A DNA stretch of 63,066 nt, filler included, from Globobulimina sp. (taxonomy: Eukaryota), in assembly GCA_003354225.1 (NCBI GenBank). It is 17 parts of 17 records of this genome, joined end to end, with 100 filler letters (N's around TTAATTAATTAA, not from the genome) between each part and the next. Parts side by side here need not be neighbours in the genome. Positions count along the whole stretch, not along the records: positions 59,455 to 63,066 come from PIVH01002405.1; 16 more parts are not named here. The stretch is one strand, 5' to 3'. A program made the position numbers and the translations under genes. The notes below the pieces were generated by a model. It had not been told where the DNA came from. It ran no database searches and worked only from the letters and a program-made list of their open reading frames with translations. Shown one piece after another: positions 61,150 through 63,066 of this stretch (its first letter is position 1; the number at the start of each line of letters is the position of its first letter).

Positions 61150-62598
61150 ATGCCAAAAGAAATCCGGCAAGTCCAACTATGACAATGTGGCAATCAAATT
61201 GGAAGTTCCTTTTGGAACATAGTCGTTGAAGACCATGGACTCTCCAAAGACGGTATTTTTACAGCTTCATCTAAGCATAATTGCAAATTGGAGAACGTTG
61301 GTGTTTATTTTGATGAATTGAAATCCAAATCTGGCACAAAATATGTACCAAGAGCATGCTTTGTTGATTCTGAGCCAGGAACCATGGATGCGATAAAACA
61401 ATCTCCATTGGGCAGACTATATAGATCTGACAATATGATATTTGGCTGCGGGCGTTCTTATCAGGTAAATCCTATCAGAAATATATACACGACAGGCGCA
61501 GAAATCATTGATGAAACTGTAGATGTTATACGCAGAGAGGCAGAACTATGTGAATCTATACAAGGTTTCCAATTATCGCATTCTATCAGTGGTTATACAG
61601 GCTCTTTTCTTGGCACTTTGCTGTTATTAAAAATTAGAGATAATTATCCTGATAAGATTACTGTCACATATTCGGTATTCCCGTCACAAAAAGTAGCGGA
61701 TACTGTTGTTGAACCATATAATGCAATATTATGCATTCACCAATTATTAGAAAATGCTGATCAAACATTTGTGTTGGACAATGAAGCGTTGTTTAATGTT
61801 TCTCATAACCGACTGAAACAAAAACAACCCAAATATGCGGATTTGAATTGGATTATCGCAATGGCAATGTGTGGGGTTACCGCTTGTTTGCGGTTTGAAT
61901 GTGAATTAAACAGTACTTTGAGAAGAATGTCGTTAAATGTGGTGCCATTCCCTCGCTTACATTTCTTATCAATATCGCAATCACCATTATTTATACCAAA
62001 TACGGTCATGACACTGACTGTGGCAGAACTGCTCCAACACTTAAGTTCAGACAGCAATGCATTGACAATATTAGCTAATGAAGGTAAGCTATTGACAAAA
62101 ACAAGCATTTATCGTGGAGATATTGAGCAGATTATAGATGGGAAATCATTAATTGATATGTTTGTTAATTATCTGAATTTGAAATATTTGAAGGATAAAA
62201 TTATACCAACATCTATTATGAATTTGTGTCATGTGTACTATGGCAAACAGAGTGTGCATGAAAAGGAGTTTGTAGAATGGATTCCTGATCAAAATAAATC
62301 TGAGATTTTAAGAATCTCTGCCAATTATACGGATATATCCGGCAGTTCAATAGCAAATACAACGAGAATAAAATCTGTATTTATGCGGTTAGCAGCGCAG
62401 TTTGCGAAAATGTTTAAACGGAAGGCATATTTACATTGGTATATAGGCGAAGGATTTGATCTGATGGAGTTTGAAGAATCGGATAAAAATGTTCGAGATT
62501 TACTTACTGAGTATCAGGAAAAACAGGATGTTGTTGTTGACTTTGATACTGATGGAGAGTACGTAGATGGCAGTGACAGTAACGGTGACTATTTTTGA
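61150..62598 (+). pseudogene. Highly divergent Retaria-type beta2-tubulin with in-frame TGA at codon 11 and a ~35-aa insertion
   Basis: MPKEIRQVQL*QCGNQIG, YVPRA..D.EPG, KIRDNYPDKIT, VVEPYNA, HQLLENAD, LKQKQPKYADLNW (beta2 signatures), PFPRLHF, FVEWIP and MFKRKAYLHWY. Confidence 0.8.
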
Positions 62599-63066
62599 AC
62601 ACCTTTGAAAGGGTACTGTCTTTTACACACCATTTAATTATAAGCATATCAGAAGAACCTAAAAGTCATCAGTTAAGCACTCAAAAACCATCGTTAGTTA
62701 ACTACTACCATCTTTATATTAAATGGCGTGGCTTCCACAAGCTTGGAAATTATATGAAAAATTGGCGAACTCAATTTATGATTCCAAGTCAAAATATTGG
62801 GCTACATTCGATACCGCTTGGAAAAATATTGAACCTATTCTCAAAATATCAGGTTCCAAATCATCATTGTTACCATTTGCAAAGATAAACGAGGTGTTGC
62901 AACAAAAAGAAATCTGGGCCACACATGAAACGAATGTTGAACAAATCTTAAAAAATATAATATTCCATGGAAATCATAGAGCAATGCATTGGTTCATTGC
63001 AGATTATCATCGACCATCCATCGGAAAAAGAAAAAGAAGACAATGGCGGGTTTGGATAATAGCACA

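Noticed and set aside
38817-61182. TGA reassignment or readthrough suggested by in-frame TGAs in the SPRY gene (38817) and beta-tubulin (61180)
   Set aside because: TGA is the normal terminator of SPT16, POLE2 and the GH3 gene. The two sites do not imply the same amino acid, and the SPRY gene also has a frameshift.

Overview
This is eukaryotic, AT-rich, gene-dense DNA, almost certainly from a foraminiferan (Rhizaria, Retaria). The evidence is a Retaria-type beta2-tubulin, short 55-75 nt GT-AG introns and typical protist gene families. The window is not one locus. It is 17 unrelated contigs of about 3.6 kb, sorted by decreasing length (3620 to 3612 nt) and joined by artificial 100-nt N linkers containing TTAATTAATTAA, so nothing can be inferred from adjacency across linkers. 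Recognisable genes are RNF213/mysterin-like AAA+ ATPase, SPT16, a TPR protein, a C2-domain membrane protein, an XK-like membrane protein, GH35 and GH3 glycosidases, POLE2, a multi-TM RGS protein, dynein roadblock, a CH-domain protein, an RRM protein, a SPRY protein, NUDT19-like, a PAN/SAM surface receptor, a CaMK-like kinase, transportin-3-like, URB2-like, an arylsulfatase, a Kelch protein and a degenerate beta2-tubulin. Four observations stand out. (1) A secreted REJ/polycystin-like protein has an N-terminal domain that looks like a complete cyanobacterial Stig (hapalindole) cyclase fold, with the Ca2+ ligands kept but the catalytic Asp apparently replaced. (2) A ~35-aa module appears in three unrelated proteins, including as an insertion inside beta-tubulin. 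(3) The RNF213-like protein carries a RanBP2/NZF zinc finger. (4) A degenerate ~35-bp satellite shows higher-order structure. All family assignments come from motif recognition by eye, not database searches.
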